From Bacillota bacterium (GTDB lineage: Bacteria > Bacillota > Sulfobacillia > Fermentithermobacillales > Fermentithermobacillaceae): a DNA stretch of 52,882 nucleotides. The DNA lies in NCBI GenBank assembly GCA_040880305.1, contig JBBDIP010000006.1, forward strand, positions 1 to 52,882, written 5' to 3'. Shown piece by piece: positions 19,844-32,663 of the stretch (position 1 is its first letter; each line of letters opens with the position of its first letter). The position numbers were made by a program, and so were the translations under genes. The notes below the pieces were generated by a model. The model did not search any database. It saw only the letters and a list, made by a program, of their open reading frames with translations, and was not told the origin of the DNA.

Positions 19844-19941
19844 GGTTATCGGTCCGATTTCACTAGGCTGCGGTACGTGGTCGGTGTAGCAGTACGTCAG
19901 ATCATTACGTAGACTGTGGAAGCAGCGAAGGTGGTGATACC

Positions 19942-20103
19942 ATGGCGGGCGGTATCCAGTCAAATGATTGCCAGGCAGGCGGGTTGTCTCCGGCTTTCGT
20001 CTTCTGGTGGATAGCGGCTTTCGTGTTTCTCATCGTGATCTTAATAATCGCGACAATCTGTTGCTCGTTTCCAAGGGATGAGCCTGAGGAGCCCTGTCAC
20101 TAG
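19942..20103 (+). CDS. 53-aa single-TM peptide (not in ORF track), possibly sporulation-related
   Basis: RBS AAGGTGGTGA; MAGGIQSNDCQAGGLSPAFVFWWIAAFVFLIVILIIATICCSFPRDEPEEPCH*. Confidence 0.55.
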   Translation: MAGGIQSNDCQAGGLSPAFVFWWIAAFVFLIVILIIATICCSFPRDEPEEPCH

Positions 20104-20214
20104 GCTGCCTGCTCGACGAGACTAGAGCAGGATTTCCCTGATAGACCGAGAACTCTTCCTCCCGGCAGTCGCGGCCATACGAAATCAGTGCCATCGGGAG
20201 GACGAGTAGCGTAT

Positions 20215-20998
20215 ATGAGTGCCATACTTCCGATGACTGAGATAGCGAACTACATCATCTGCTGCGCCATTCACACCATGGCTGAGGAAGGTACCGTCGA
20301 TTCCATGCTGGTGTCTGGCGACAGGGTGGCTGCTGTGGGTACCTTGGAGGATGTCCGCGCTGCGGCTCCCGCCCAGACTCGGGAAATCGACGCGCGCGGA
20401 CGGTGCATCATCCCGGGCATGCACGAGGGCCACTCCCACCTGATCGAGCAGTCGGTGTTCGGGCGGGAACTTGACCTGAGCCACGCCGCTTCGCTCGAAG
20501 ACGGACTTGGTCAGGCCCGAGGACATACAGCGTTTTGCGGGGCTGGGGGTCATAGCCTCCATCCAACCCGGCCACGTTCCGTTTGACAGGCGAGCGGCGG
20601 AATGCGAGCTCGGTGCACGGGCCAATAGAGTGTATCCATTCAAACAACTCAAGGACGCGGGGACGACCCTCGTTTCTGGGGCCGATGCTCCGATCGCCCC
20701 GCCTGATCCTATCCACGGGATCTTCTGTGCGGTCCACAGGCACTTGCCGGACGAGAAGCCGGATAGGGCCTGGTACCCGGCCGAGTGCCTGACCGTCGAG
20801 GATTCGCTCCGTGCCGTGACCTGCGACGCCGCCTATGCGGTGGGGAAAGAGAGTGTCATTGGCGACCTTGCGCCGGGCAAGTATGCGGACTTCGTGGTGC
20901 TGTCAGAGGATATCTGTGCTGTGCCGCTGCGAGATCTGATGAACGTGAAGGTAAAGGCAACTGCCATAGGAGGCCGGTTTGTCCACGGATCCTTCTGA
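20215..20998 (+). pseudogene. Amidohydrolase-3 (YtcJ-like) with large internal deletion
   Basis: N-terminal IDARGRCIIPGMHEGHSH is joined out of frame near 20505 to C-terminal ASIQPGH, GADAP and G.LAPGKYADFVVL. Confidence 0.8.
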
Positions 20999-21033
20999 GG
21001 ACGGAGCCTTTTGCCTCGGGACGGAGGAACGTG

Positions 21034-21729
21034 ATGGATTACGAGTTGGTGCTGGTGGACGCTGACGACACGCTATTCGACTACCGGAAAGCCGTAGCGA
21101 GGGCGCTCCCGGCGCTCTTCGCGCGTTTCGGGTTGCCCTGGGACCCGGATAGGGATCCGGCGCGATTCCGCGCCGCGAACACACAGGTGTGGAGCGAAAT
21201 GCGCGCGGGGCTAATCAGCTATGCCGACCTCAAGATCGAACGTTTCCGCAAGATGCTTCCCAACGAATCCTTGGACTTCCAGGCCGTGAGCCACACGTAC
21301 CTTTCGCTCCTTGTCGAGTTTGCCCAGCTCATCGACGGCGCGGAGGAAGTCTGCCGCTACCTGGCCTCGAAATATACTCTGGCCATCGTGACCAACGGGC
21401 TGCCGGAAATCCAGAAGCCGAGGGTCCGCTTGTCGTCCCTGAGCAGGTACATACCAGAGGAGCGTGTATTTGTCGCGGAGGATGTCGGGCACAGGAAGCC
21501 GGATCCGGAGATTTTCCGGCACGTATTTCGTGCCCTCGGGCATTCGGACAAAAAGACCGCAATCATAATCGGCGATTCTCTTGCCGAGGATATCCAGGGC
21601 GGCGTCAACTTCGGAATCGACACGTGCTGGTTTGACCGCGCTGGATTGGATGGCCCGCAGGATGTAAGGCCAACGTTCACTGTAAGAAGCCTTCTCGAAA
21701 TCGTCGATATCCTCGCAAAGCCCGCCTAG
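21034..21729 (+). CDS. HAD hydrolase, YjjG-family nucleotidase
   Basis: DADDTLFD, VTNG, KPDPEIF, IGDSLAEDIQGG. Confidence 0.88.
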   Translation: MDYELVLVDADDTLFDYRKAVARALPALFARFGLPWDPDRDPARFRAANTQVWSEMRAGLISYADLKIERFRKMLPNESLDFQAVSHTYLSLLVEFAQLIDGAEEVCRYLASKYTLAIVTNGLPEIQKPRVRLSSLSRYIPEERVFVAEDVGHRKPDPEIFRHVFRALGHSDKKTAIIIGDSLAEDIQGGVNFGIDTCWFDRAGLDGPQDVRPTFTVRSLLEIVDILAKPA

Positions 21730-21841
21730 CCTGAAAGTACACATGAAAGCAGCTTGTGCCTCTGCTTGTTTGGCACTGGTCGTCCAACCCGTACAGCTGT
21801 TAGAATACATTGCCAATGAGGATGGTAAGGAGAGTGGCCGG

Positions 21842-22131
21842 ATGAGTGACCGCACTGGTCTTTTGGTCATCGATATACAGAAGGGCAGTTTCACACTGGG
21901 GCACCCCATAGAGAATGAGCTTGAGCTGCTGAGAAACATCGTACTTGTAATGCGCGACATCAACGCATGGGCTACGAAGAGATAGCCGAGGTGCTGGGCA
22001 TATCTCTCGGCGCCGTGAAAACGCGCATTCACCGGGCCCGAAAGGCGTTCAGGGACAAAATGGTGGGCTGCAGCTGCTCCCTCGTGGTTGAGGGCGGCGC
22101 ATGCAAGTGCGAGGGGGTGCCTGCCACATGA
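21842..22131 (+). pseudogene. Chimeric remnant: isochorismatase 5' end fused to ECF sigma region 4
   Basis: MSDRTGLLVIDIQKG... then IVLVMRDIN, a frameshift, and MGYEEIAEVLGISLGAVKTRIHRARKAFRD...CSC...CKC*. Confidence 0.7.
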
Positions 22132-22337
22132 CCTGCTCGGAGGTCCGTTCTCAGCTAAGTGCCTACATCGATGGGCGGCTGAACGAGGAAGCACGCCGCA
22201 AGGTGGACGTTCACCTGGCGGAATGTGAGGTGTGTCGTAGCGAACTGGCGACCCTTCAGACATCGGTGAGGATGGTCCGGTCGCTTGGCCAAATCCGCTG
22301 GGAAAGACCTGCACCGAAAGACCAGTACAAGGAGTGA
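22128..22337 (+). CDS. zf-HC2 anti-sigma factor (short, possibly truncated)
   Basis: MTCSEVRSQLSAYIDG and HLAECEVC; ATGA overlap with the sigma remnant. Confidence 0.8.
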   Translation: MTCSEVRSQLSAYIDGRLNEEARRKVDVHLAECEVCRSELATLQTSVRMVRSLGQIRWERPAPKDQYKE

Positions 22338-22375
22338 ATCAAAAGATGATGTCAATATGTGGGATTCTATGGCAC

Positions 22376-22756
22376 TTACTTGACGACTATCGTGAACTCG
22401 GCTTGGTTGGCTGACTGCTCCTCCCAGGACCGCGCGTAGTCGAACCGGAGTTTGAAACTGCCCGCCTGGAGCGCTTTCACTTTGAACACCTGAACGCCGG
22501 CGGCGCCTATGGCGTCCAACCCGGCTCTATATTCCTCGCTCACTAGCTCGAAGGGCTGCCCCTCTGTTTTGGGGACCCACGCATAGCCGGTACTCGGATT
22601 GGACTCCAGAACCACAGTGAAGACGCCGTTCAGCTTGACCTCGATACTCGCCCCCGGAGCCGTCGGCTTCGGGGGAGCGCTCTTGGCCGCCACGATCGCC
22701 CAGGCGACACACACTACCACGATGGTTAGCAGCACTGCCCGAATCCATCTTCCCAT
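22376..22756 (-). CDS. Secreted chagasin-family (I42) cysteine protease inhibitor
   Basis: Signal peptide, LESNPSTGYAW, GAAG, YARSWE. Confidence 0.88.
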   Translation of the reverse strand: MGRWIRAVLLTIVVVCVAWAIVAAKSAPPKPTAPGASIEVKLNGVFTVVLESNPSTGYAWVPKTEGQPFELVSEEYRAGLDAIGAAGVQVFKVKALQAGSFKLRFDYARSWEEQSANQAEFTIVVK

Positions 22757-22785
22757 GAAATTCACCTCCGTCAATTCAACTAATT

Positions 22786-22810
22786 GACGTGGAAGACGCG
22801 ATCATGTTCC
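22786..22810 (-). promoter_or_regulatory. ECF sigma-type promoter GGAAC-N16-CGTC
   Basis: Minus strand reads GGGAAC ATGATCGCGTCTTCCA CGTC. Confidence 0.55.
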
Positions 22811-22834
22811 CAATAGGTGGATCGACACAATGCT

Positions 22835-23608
22835 TCACAACGCCGCGCACGCCTCCACAGCCAGCCAGAACAGCTTCTCCTTGTGGCTCATGCGCTCGGG
22901 GTGGTACCTTGGGTCCCAGTTGGCGCCGCTGACGTCGTCGCCGGCGCCGACGTACTGCCCAAACAGGATATTTCTGAACCTGGCGACCGCGAAAAGAGCG
23001 GCAGCCTCCATTTCTACCACCAAGGCGCCTTCCTGCTTCCGCATCTCGACGGTAGCGGCCGTCTCACGGTAGATGGCGTCGGTAGTCCACGTCTTGCCAA
23101 CCTCGTAGCGGATTTTGTGGCGCTGCAGGACTGCTTCCAGCACTGATGTGACATGAGGATCCGCCTCAACCTCGCGTGAAGGGGGAAGGTATTGGTAGGA
23201 GGTCCCCTCCTGCCTAATTGCCGAAGTCGGGATGACCACGCTTCCGCGGACGATGTCCCGCCGCAGCACACCACCGTGTCCGCAGGCCACAACTTTGTCG
23301 ACTCCCATGCCGATGAGGATGTCCAGGATCGCTGCCGCGGCAGGAGCCCCCAAGCCTGGGTTGACCACGAGCATCTTCTCGTCCTCATAGTCCAATACAT
23401 ATAGGTTCTGCCTGCCGGTGTCGCCCTCAATGGCGTCGATCTTGAGCAGTTTGCCCTGTTCGCAGAGGGGTTCAATGACGCTTGTCTGGTAGAAAGTAAG
23501 GACGCAGCGCGACGGAACGTCGTCCCGCTTGCTGAAGACCCTGGTTGGCTCGATTTTGGCAGACTTGTCAGGGTCGAACTCGAGGATCGGGAAGCTGATC
23601 CGGTCCAC
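22835..23608 (-). CDS. Nucleoside phosphorylase (PNP_UDP_1)
   Basis: GLGAPAA, AIRQEGTSYQY, TWTTDAIYRET, VEMEAAA. Confidence 0.88.
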   Translation of the reverse strand: MDRISFPILEFDPDKSAKIEPTRVFSKRDDVPSRCVLTFYQTSVIEPLCEQGKLLKIDAIEGDTGRQNLYVLDYEDEKMLVVNPGLGAPAAAAILDILIGMGVDKVVACGHGGVLRRDIVRGSVVIPTSAIRQEGTSYQYLPPSREVEADPHVTSVLEAVLQRHKIRYEVGKTWTTDAIYRETAATVEMRKQEGALVVEMEAAALFAVARFRNILFGQYVGAGDDVSGANWDPRYHPERMSHKEKLFWLAVEACAAL

Positions 23609-23625
23609 GGTATCGCCCTCCTACT

Positions 23626-26450
<2,825 letters not shown>

Positions 26451-26463
26451 CAAGATTGACCGA

Positions 26464-26496
26464 TAACGGTTGATATAGTGTAACAGTTGTTATATC
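26464..26496. promoter_or_regulatory. Candidate ChrB-type operator (paired TAACRGTTGWTATA repeats)
   Basis: TAACGGTTGATATA (26464) and TAACAGTTGTTATA (26481) in an AT-rich patch just before the gene. Confidence 0.45.
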
Positions 26497-26505
26497 ATTG
26501 CCTTC

Positions 26506-27051
26506 ATGAGCAATTCTGATTGCAGGATATGGTGGATATTGGTCTACAAGGTCCCGTCTGAACCCACGCGACTGCGAGCGGCTGTCTGGCGGGATGTCCA
26601 TCATTTGGGCGCTGTATACCTCCAAGACGGCGTCTGCCTCATCCCCGACGTCATCGACATGGAGCTGAACCTCGATGCTCTGCGTGAGAAGATCGTCGGC
26701 ATGGGTGGCCGGGCCTGGACGTTCCGCGCTCAAAGCAATGCGACCGGTCAGGATGCGGACCTGGAGGGCCTATTTCGGGAATCAACCGCGGACGAGCTTG
26801 CGCAGACCCGCAATGAGGCACGGACCCTCTTGCGGCATTTGGAGGATGCCAGAGGCCACTTCGACATCGAGGGCGAGGAACTGGCTCGCAGTGAGGGCGA
26901 GATTCGCAGACTGCACTCCTTCCTCCAGTCCATACGCGGAAGGCTGTTCTTTCAAGACCCTTTGGTCGACGAGATTGAGGCGACCCTTTATCGTTGTCAC
27001 GCTTTGCTGAAGGAAGGGGGAGAAAAGAGTGAAATGGGTGACAAGGGCTAA
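26506..27051 (+). CDS. ChrB N-terminal-type (PaaX-like) regulator
   Basis: WILVYKVPSEPTRLRAAVWR...GAVYLQDGVCLIP, C-terminal FF motif. Confidence 0.8.
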   Translation: MSNSDCRIWWILVYKVPSEPTRLRAAVWRDVHHLGAVYLQDGVCLIPDVIDMELNLDALREKIVGMGGRAWTFRAQSNATGQDADLEGLFRESTADELAQTRNEARTLLRHLEDARGHFDIEGEELARSEGEIRRLHSFLQSIRGRLFFQDPLVDEIEATLYRCHALLKEGGEKSEMGDKG

Positions 27052-27454
27052 CGCCCACGTTGATAGAGTAGCCTGTCCCTGGCTGATCACGCGGTTCATC
27101 GATCCGTCCGCCGAATTTGTGTTCATCGATCCCGAGAAGGACCCTATGCCGGATGATGCCACGCCATTCGATATGAAGGGCGTGAAGTTGGGACATCACG
27201 CGGGTAAGTGTAGTTTTGAGGTCATAATCGATGAATACCGCCTTGATGATCCCGCGCTTGTCGTGCTTGCGAAGGTCGTCCACGGCGCCGACATAACGAT
27301 GGATGTGGGTTTGATCCCTGAGTCGGCGGGACTCGAGGCGATAGCCAGAGGTTTCATGCTTAGCGAGACCGATGACCACAAGAAACTGCAACTGGAATTC
27401 CCGATGTACGATGCACTGTACTCTTACGCTAAGGACAAGCTGGCTAAGGCCTAG
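27029..27454 (+). CDS. Chromate-resistance (ChrB C-terminal/ChrF-type) domain protein
   Basis: MKWVTR...VDRVACPWLI.RFID, ATPFD, H..KCSFE, ESAGLEA, YDALY. Confidence 0.88.
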   Translation: MKWVTRANAHVDRVACPWLITRFIDPSAEFVFIDPEKDPMPDDATPFDMKGVKLGHHAGKCSFEVIIDEYRLDDPALVVLAKVVHGADITMDVGLIPESAGLEAIARGFMLSETDDHKKLQLEFPMYDALYSYAKDKLAKA

Positions 27455-27473
27455 TTGAAAGGTGTAAGGCACA

Positions 27474-29279
27474 TTGACTAGTACCGCTCCTAAGAAGGGC
27501 GTTTCGGTTTGGCAGTATCTGTTCAAGTACTTGCCCAGGCTGGTGAGGGGTTCTATCGGAGGTCTCGGCTACAACACGCTGATCGTCCTGGGCCCCATAT
27601 TCCTGGGGAGGGCCCTTGACGCCGTCTTCGCCCTGGAGAAGAGCGGGTTCTCGCCGGATTCCTATCACAACCTCTATCTGAACCTAGGACTGCTGGTGGC
27701 CTCAACTATCGCCTTCCAGGGCTTCCGTACGCTAAAGCGACTGGACTTCCGGAACATGGCCAACCGGATCGGCAACGACCTGCGTTCCGACCTCATGAAG
27801 GCGTCGATGTCCTGGTCCATGCCGGACTTCGACGCGGAGAAGGTCGGTGACCTCATGTCCCGGGCGGTCGGCGATGTCGGCCAGGTCGCTGCGACAATCA
27901 TGACCACCATAACCGAACTCTACGACACGCTGGTGCTCATCGTGTCCTACTTCGTCGCATGCCTGTACTACCAGCCCAGACTGACGCTACTGGCCGCCGC
28001 TCCCCAGATAGTGACCATCTTCCTTGCCGGAAGGACCGGCAACGTGATCTTCCGGTTCTCGACCGAGGCCCGCCAGGCTGCCTCGCGGGTCAACACGCAC
28101 CTTCGCGAGCAGCTGCAGGGGGAACGTGTCCTGCGGATCTTCGGCCGGGAGAAGGAGGAAAGGGAGAGGCTGGGTAGGCTCTGCCAGCAGCAGCTGGTCG
28201 CAAACCTGCGGCTCTCGGTCCTACAAGGAGGGCTTATGCCGTTCTATGCGGTGCTGTCGTCGCTTGGTATTGTCCTGGTCATAAGCTCCGGCGGCATGCG
28301 GGTGGCGAGCGGGGAGTGGACAATCGGCCTGTTCACTGCCTACCTCACGCTGTTCTCGGCCATGACGGCACGGACTATGATGGCTGCCAGGGTACTGAAC
28401 GGCCTACACGCTGGAAAAGCAAGCTGGACAAGAGTCGCCGCGAAGATCGATAAACCCAGGACGGAGGAGTATGGACAGGAGTCCGCGACAGATGTCGCGA
28501 GTTCAGTGGGCCTCGACCTTTCGATCAAAAACCTCCACTTCTCGTTCCCTGGTGTCTCGACCGACGCCATAGCAGGGATAAGTTTCGAGGCCGAGCCGGG
28601 GAGCTTTGTGGCGGTAACGGGTCCTATCGGCAGCGGAAAGAGCGCACTTGCTACCGTCCTGACCGGCCTCTACCCGTATCAAGGCAGTATCCTGTTCGGT
28701 GGGCGCGAACTCCGGGACATCCTTGCAGAGGATAGGGAGCGGACTGTCTCGCTCCTGGACCAGAACGCGTTCCTGTTCTCGGCCACTATTGAGGAAAACG
28801 TGGCCTTCTTCCGGGAAGCGGATGATGAAAGGCTAATGGAGACCCTGCGCCTCGCCGGGCTCAAGGAGGACCTGGACGCCTTTCAGAGCGGCGTGGACAC
28901 CCTCATAGGCGAGCAGGGCACCAGGGTCTCGGGCGGGCAGAGGCAGCGCATCGCCCTGGCCCGCGCCCTCTACCGCCGGTCCCCGCTTGTGATCCTGGAC
29001 GACCCGTTCTCGGCGGTGGATATAGCGACCGAGCAGCGGATGGTTCAAAGGATCCGGGAGGCCGCAGGTGCCTCCACGCTTCTCCTGTTCTCCCACCGCC
29101 TGTCATCCTTCCCTCAGGCCGACAAGGTGATCGTCTTGTCCGAAGGCAAAGTGCACGAGGCAGGCACTCACGAAGAGCTTCTCAAGAACGAAGGGCTATA
29201 CGCCAGGATCTTCAGGGCCCAGGAATGGCTCTCCGCGTACGGTGAGGGCGGCGGGGAGGAGGTGGCCCGCCGTGGCTAA
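27474..29279 (+). CDS. ABC exporter, fused permease-ATPase subunit 1
   Basis: TM domain, GPIGSGKS, VSGGQRQR, degenerate ILDD Walker B. Confidence 0.9.
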   Translation: MTSTAPKKGVSVWQYLFKYLPRLVRGSIGGLGYNTLIVLGPIFLGRALDAVFALEKSGFSPDSYHNLYLNLGLLVASTIAFQGFRTLKRLDFRNMANRIGNDLRSDLMKASMSWSMPDFDAEKVGDLMSRAVGDVGQVAATIMTTITELYDTLVLIVSYFVACLYYQPRLTLLAAAPQIVTIFLAGRTGNVIFRFSTEARQAASRVNTHLREQLQGERVLRIFGREKEERERLGRLCQQQLVANLRLSVLQGGLMPFYAVLSSLGIVLVISSGGMRVASGEWTIGLFTAYLTLFSAMTARTMMAARVLNGLHAGKASWTRVAAKIDKPRTEEYGQESATDVASSVGLDLSIKNLHFSFPGVSTDAIAGISFEAEPGSFVAVTGPIGSGKSALATVLTGLYPYQGSILFGGRELRDILAEDRERTVSLLDQNAFLFSATIEENVAFFREADDERLMETLRLAGLKEDLDAFQSGVDTLIGEQGTRVSGGQRQRIALARALYRRSPLVILDDPFSAVDIATEQRMVQRIREAAGASTLLLFSHRLSSFPQADKVIVLSEGKVHEAGTHEELLKNEGLYARIFRAQEWLSAYGEGGGEEVARRG

Positions 29280-31092
29280 GACAGAGAGCGGCAAACGGGA
29301 CGTCGAGCGGACCCTCTGGCCGGCTATCATCCCGGTCCTCGGTCGGTACTGGTACCTATTGGCCATGGCTCTGGCCTTGGTCGCGGCGACCAGCTTTACC
29401 GAACTCTTGCCGCCCCTCATCCTTCGGAACCTGATCGACACGTATCTCTCAAGGAATATTGCGGACGGCATACTTAAGATTGCCTTCCTGTACTTGGGCG
29501 CCATGGCCGCGACCAGGGCGATTCAGTTCGCTCTGTCCTACACCGTAACCGTGCTGGGCCAGAATATCCTTCTCAGCATCAGGATGATGATCGCCAGGCG
29601 CCTCGAGATCCTGCCCTTGGCCTACTTCGACAACACGCCTGTCGGGGAAGTGATGAGCAGGTGTACCAACGACGTTGATGCGGTGAACACCCTGTTCTCG
29701 GCGGGCATGATGAACGTCATCACCGACGTCTTCAGGATCTTCGGAGTCCTGGGAGCCATGTACATGGTGGACCGTCGGCTGACCGTGGTTGTGATTCTGA
29801 GCACTCCCCTGGTAGTGCTCACAAACGAGTACTTCCGGAGAACTGTCCGGCAGTACCAGCGCAGACTCCGCGTCCTTACCGCCGGGATCTACAGCTTCCT
29901 GCAAGAGGCCTGGAGCGGCATGCGCGTGGTGCGTACCTACGGTGCGAAGGGCGGCGTCAGCCGCAAGCTGGATGCTCTGCAGGAGACATACATCCGCGCC
30001 GCCGACGGGGCAGCGCTCTACAACGCCTACTTCCCGGGGATCCTGAAGTCCATTGAGGCCGTGACCACCGCAGTAGTCGTATGGTACGGCGCGAGGCCTG
30101 CGGTCCTGACAGCAGGCTTGACTCTTGGCGGGCTGGCAGCCTTCGCCCAGCTGATAAACAGGCTGCACTCGCCCCTGCAAAACCTGGGCGAGGAGTGGCA
30201 GACCATTCAGGAAGCCCTCTCTGGCGTCGAGCGCATCACTGAGTTTTTGCGTGAGCCCATTGACGAAGGGGAGCTGGTTGCCAAGACCGGGGGCGGATCA
30301 GGCACGACTGTGGCGAGCTCGCCGGTCGCGCGGACTCTTGGCCACGGCGCCCAGGTCGACGTATCCAACCTCACATTCGGCTATTTCCAGGGCCGGCCCG
30401 TTCTTTCCGACATCGACCTGGCCATTTCTCCGGGGGAGCGGGTAGTGATCGTCGGACGGACCGGAGCGGGCAAGACCAGCCTCCTGCACCTGCTCGCAGG
30501 GCTGTATAAGCCGTGGAGCGGTGCTATCGGAATTGACGGGATGGAGCCCGGCACTCTCCCACCCGATGAGAGGCGGCGTCTTCTGGGCGTGGTGCCCCAG
30601 GCGGTCTACATTTTCGACGCTACCGTCCGCGACAACGTCTCACTCATGGACCCCACCATAGGCAGGGAGAAGGTTGAGACGGTCTGCCAATCTGTTGGAC
30701 TTCACGAAGCGATAACGGCGCTTCCTCAGGGTTACGACACGCCGCTTGGTAGCGGCGGCTCCCATTTATCCTTCGGCCAGAACCAACTGCTGTGCCTGGC
30801 CAGGGCGCTTGTCTGCGACCCGCCGCTGCTCTTGCTGGACGAGCCGACATCCGGCACCGACACCGAAACCGAGAAGATGATCTTTCAGGCCCTCAAGCAG
30901 GTGGGTCAGGCCAGGACGATGATAGTCATAGCCCACAGGCTGACCGGCATCATCGAAGCCCAGCGCGTCGTGGTGGTCTCGGGAGGGCGCATAGCGCAGG
31001 ACGGCACGCCCGAGGAATTGGCCGGCAAGACCGGCTGGTATAAGGTGTTCAAGGAGCTGGAGGATCTGGGGTGGAACAAGCCTGCGACGTAG
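29272..31092 (+). CDS. ABC exporter, fused permease-ATPase subunit 2
   Basis: GRTGAGKT, LSFGQNQ, LLDEPT, IAHRL. Confidence 0.9.
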   Translation: MAKTESGKRDVERTLWPAIIPVLGRYWYLLAMALALVAATSFTELLPPLILRNLIDTYLSRNIADGILKIAFLYLGAMAATRAIQFALSYTVTVLGQNILLSIRMMIARRLEILPLAYFDNTPVGEVMSRCTNDVDAVNTLFSAGMMNVITDVFRIFGVLGAMYMVDRRLTVVVILSTPLVVLTNEYFRRTVRQYQRRLRVLTAGIYSFLQEAWSGMRVVRTYGAKGGVSRKLDALQETYIRAADGAALYNAYFPGILKSIEAVTTAVVVWYGARPAVLTAGLTLGGLAAFAQLINRLHSPLQNLGEEWQTIQEALSGVERITEFLREPIDEGELVAKTGGGSGTTVASSPVARTLGHGAQVDVSNLTFGYFQGRPVLSDIDLAISPGERVVIVGRTGAGKTSLLHLLAGLYKPWSGAIGIDGMEPGTLPPDERRRLLGVVPQAVYIFDATVRDNVSLMDPTIGREKVETVCQSVGLHEAITALPQGYDTPLGSGGSHLSFGQNQLLCLARALVCDPPLLLLDEPTSGTDTETEKMIFQALKQVGQARTMIVIAHRLTGIIEAQRVVVVSGGRIAQDGTPEELAGKTGWYKVFKELEDLGWNKPAT

Positions 31093-31109
31093 GCTAGGAT
31101 GTTGGCTCC

Positions 31110-31395
31110 TTATTGCCTTGACGTCTCCGCTCGCGCCGTGTCTGGGGTGGGGGTCACCTGCGGGCGGCGTATCAGTCGAGCCGAGTTGAGCACAACTGCG
31201 ACAGACCCGACGTTGTGCCACAAGGCTCCCGTCACCGGCGTAAGGGTCCCGGTTGACGCCAGGACTACGGCGACCAGGTTGAGGACCAGCGCAGCCCATA
31301 CATTCTGTGAGATGACAGCCAGCGTACGCCTGCCGATATCCAGAGCCTCCGCCACTCCCGCAACCCTATCCGACATTATGGCGACATCTGCGGGG
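31110..31395 (-). pseudogene. C-terminal fragment of a P1B heavy-metal ATPase
   Basis: ADVAIMSD....V..AL..GRRTL.VISQN...GALWHNVGSVAVVLNSARL (TM7-8). Confidence 0.75.
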
Positions 31396-31410
31396 TGACG
31401 TGGCTACCGA

Positions 31411-31556
31411 CAGACCATTTCGGACATGAACGACTACTGGCAGACCATGGTTCTTGAGGTGGTCAACCGCAGACCATATCGGACAGTGAAGCGCCCACCA
31501 GTGAACCATAGTGAGCCCTACCGAACAAAAGCGGCCAGACGAGGTCCATATCCGGG
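31411..31556. repeat. Periodic CAGACCAT direct repeats (~30-bp spacing)
   Basis: CAGACCAT at 31411, 31441 and 31470; degenerate copies at 31502 and 31542; CAGACCATWTCGGACA occurs twice. Confidence 0.65.
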
Positions 31557-31595
31557 ACCAGCCTGGCCGCCTGAAAGCTATCTGGCAGGATGCTG

Positions 31596-32663
31596 CTACA
31601 CCTGCACCTCTGAGTCGTCGCCGATCATGAGCCGCAACGACTGGCGGCCATCGGCCACTTTGGTCACTTTGGCGTTCCGGCCGATGAGGCTGTCTTCAAC
31701 GCGCCCGACGTCGGTTAACTTGCAGTCCTCGAGGATGACCGAGTGCTCGATGATGACCTTTCGCAGGGAACTGCCGTTTCCTATGGCGGTGAAGGGTCCT
31801 ATGAAGCAGTCCTCAACGATGGCTCCTTCGCCGATCACGACGGGACCGCGGACGGTGCTACGGATGACCTTGGCGGTCCGTGCCACCTCGACCCTTCCGG
31901 TTATCTTGCTGTCGGGGCTCACGTCGCCGAGGACTGACCTCTTGGCGTATTCGTCCAGCACGACGCGGTTAGCCTCAAGGATGTCGTCCTTCTTGCCGGT
32001 GTCGAGCCACCAGCCCTCAAGGACTTTGGTGTGGACAGTCTCACCTTGGTTGAGGAGCTCTTGTATGGCGTCGGTTATCTCGAGCTCGCCCCTGAAGGAA
32101 GGCTTGATCTTGAGGATAGCCTCGTGGATCTTCGGCGAGAACATGTAGACGCCAACAATCGCGAGGTTGGACGGCGGGTCCTTGGGTTTCTCGACCAGTT
32201 TCTCAAGGTCGCCCCGCTTGTCGAGCACAGCCACACCAAATTGCCTGGGGTCCGCCACTTCCTTTAGGAGGACAGTGGCCGCGGCCGCTTCCTTTTCAAA
32301 CTTCTCGACCATCGGAGCGACGCCGCCCTCGATGAGGTTGTCGCCCAGGAACATGAGGAACTTGTCGAGGCCCAAAAACCCCTGGGACACTGAAACGGCG
32401 TGGGCCAGCCCCTTGGGTTTGTCCTGGATTATGTAGGTGATGCGGACGCCCCAGCGGGACCCGTCCCCCACGGCGGACTTCATGAAGTCGACGTTCTCAG
32501 GCGAGACGACCAAGCCGATTTCCCAGATGCCCGCGCGCGCTATCTGCTCAACCACGAAGTAGATAATTGGTCTGTTGGCTACCGGCAGTAGGTGCTTGGT
32601 TGTGGTGTAAGTCAGCGGGCGCAGCCTTGTGCCCTTCCCGGCGGCAAGGATAAGTGCCTTCAA
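31596..32663 (-). CDS. Glucose-1-phosphate thymidylyltransferase, long form
   Basis: [15 protein letters not shown](L)[19 protein letters not shown] and a hexapeptide-repeat tail. Confidence 0.9.
   Translation of the reverse strand: MKALILAAGKGTRLRPLTYTTTKHLLPVANRPIIYFVVEQIARAGIWEIGLVVSPENVDFMKSAVGDGSRWGVRITYIIQDKPKGLAHAVSVSQGFLGLDKFLMFLGDNLIEGGVAPMVEKFEKEAAAATVLLKEVADPRQFGVAVLDKRGDLEKLVEKPKDPPSNLAIVGVYMFSPKIHEAILKIKPSFRGELEITDAIQELLNQGETVHTKVLEGWWLDTGKKDDILEANRVVLDEYAKRSVLGDVSPDSKITGRVEVARTAKVIRSTVRGPVVIGEGAIVEDCFIGPFTAIGNGSSLRKVIIEHSVILEDCKLTDVGRVEDSLIGRNAKVTKVADGRQSLRLMIGDDSEVQV

Noticed and set aside
21211-22314. 367-aa minus-strand ORF
   Set aside because: Antisense to the HAD, sigma remnant and anti-sigma genes; no recognisable domain.
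31411-31556. Possible mini-CRISPR array
   Set aside because: The repeat core is only 8-16 bp with a ~30-bp period, too short for repeat plus spacer, and no cas genes are in the window.
31426-32148. 240-aa plus-strand ORF
   Set aside because: Mostly antisense to the thymidylyltransferase; no RBS or motifs.
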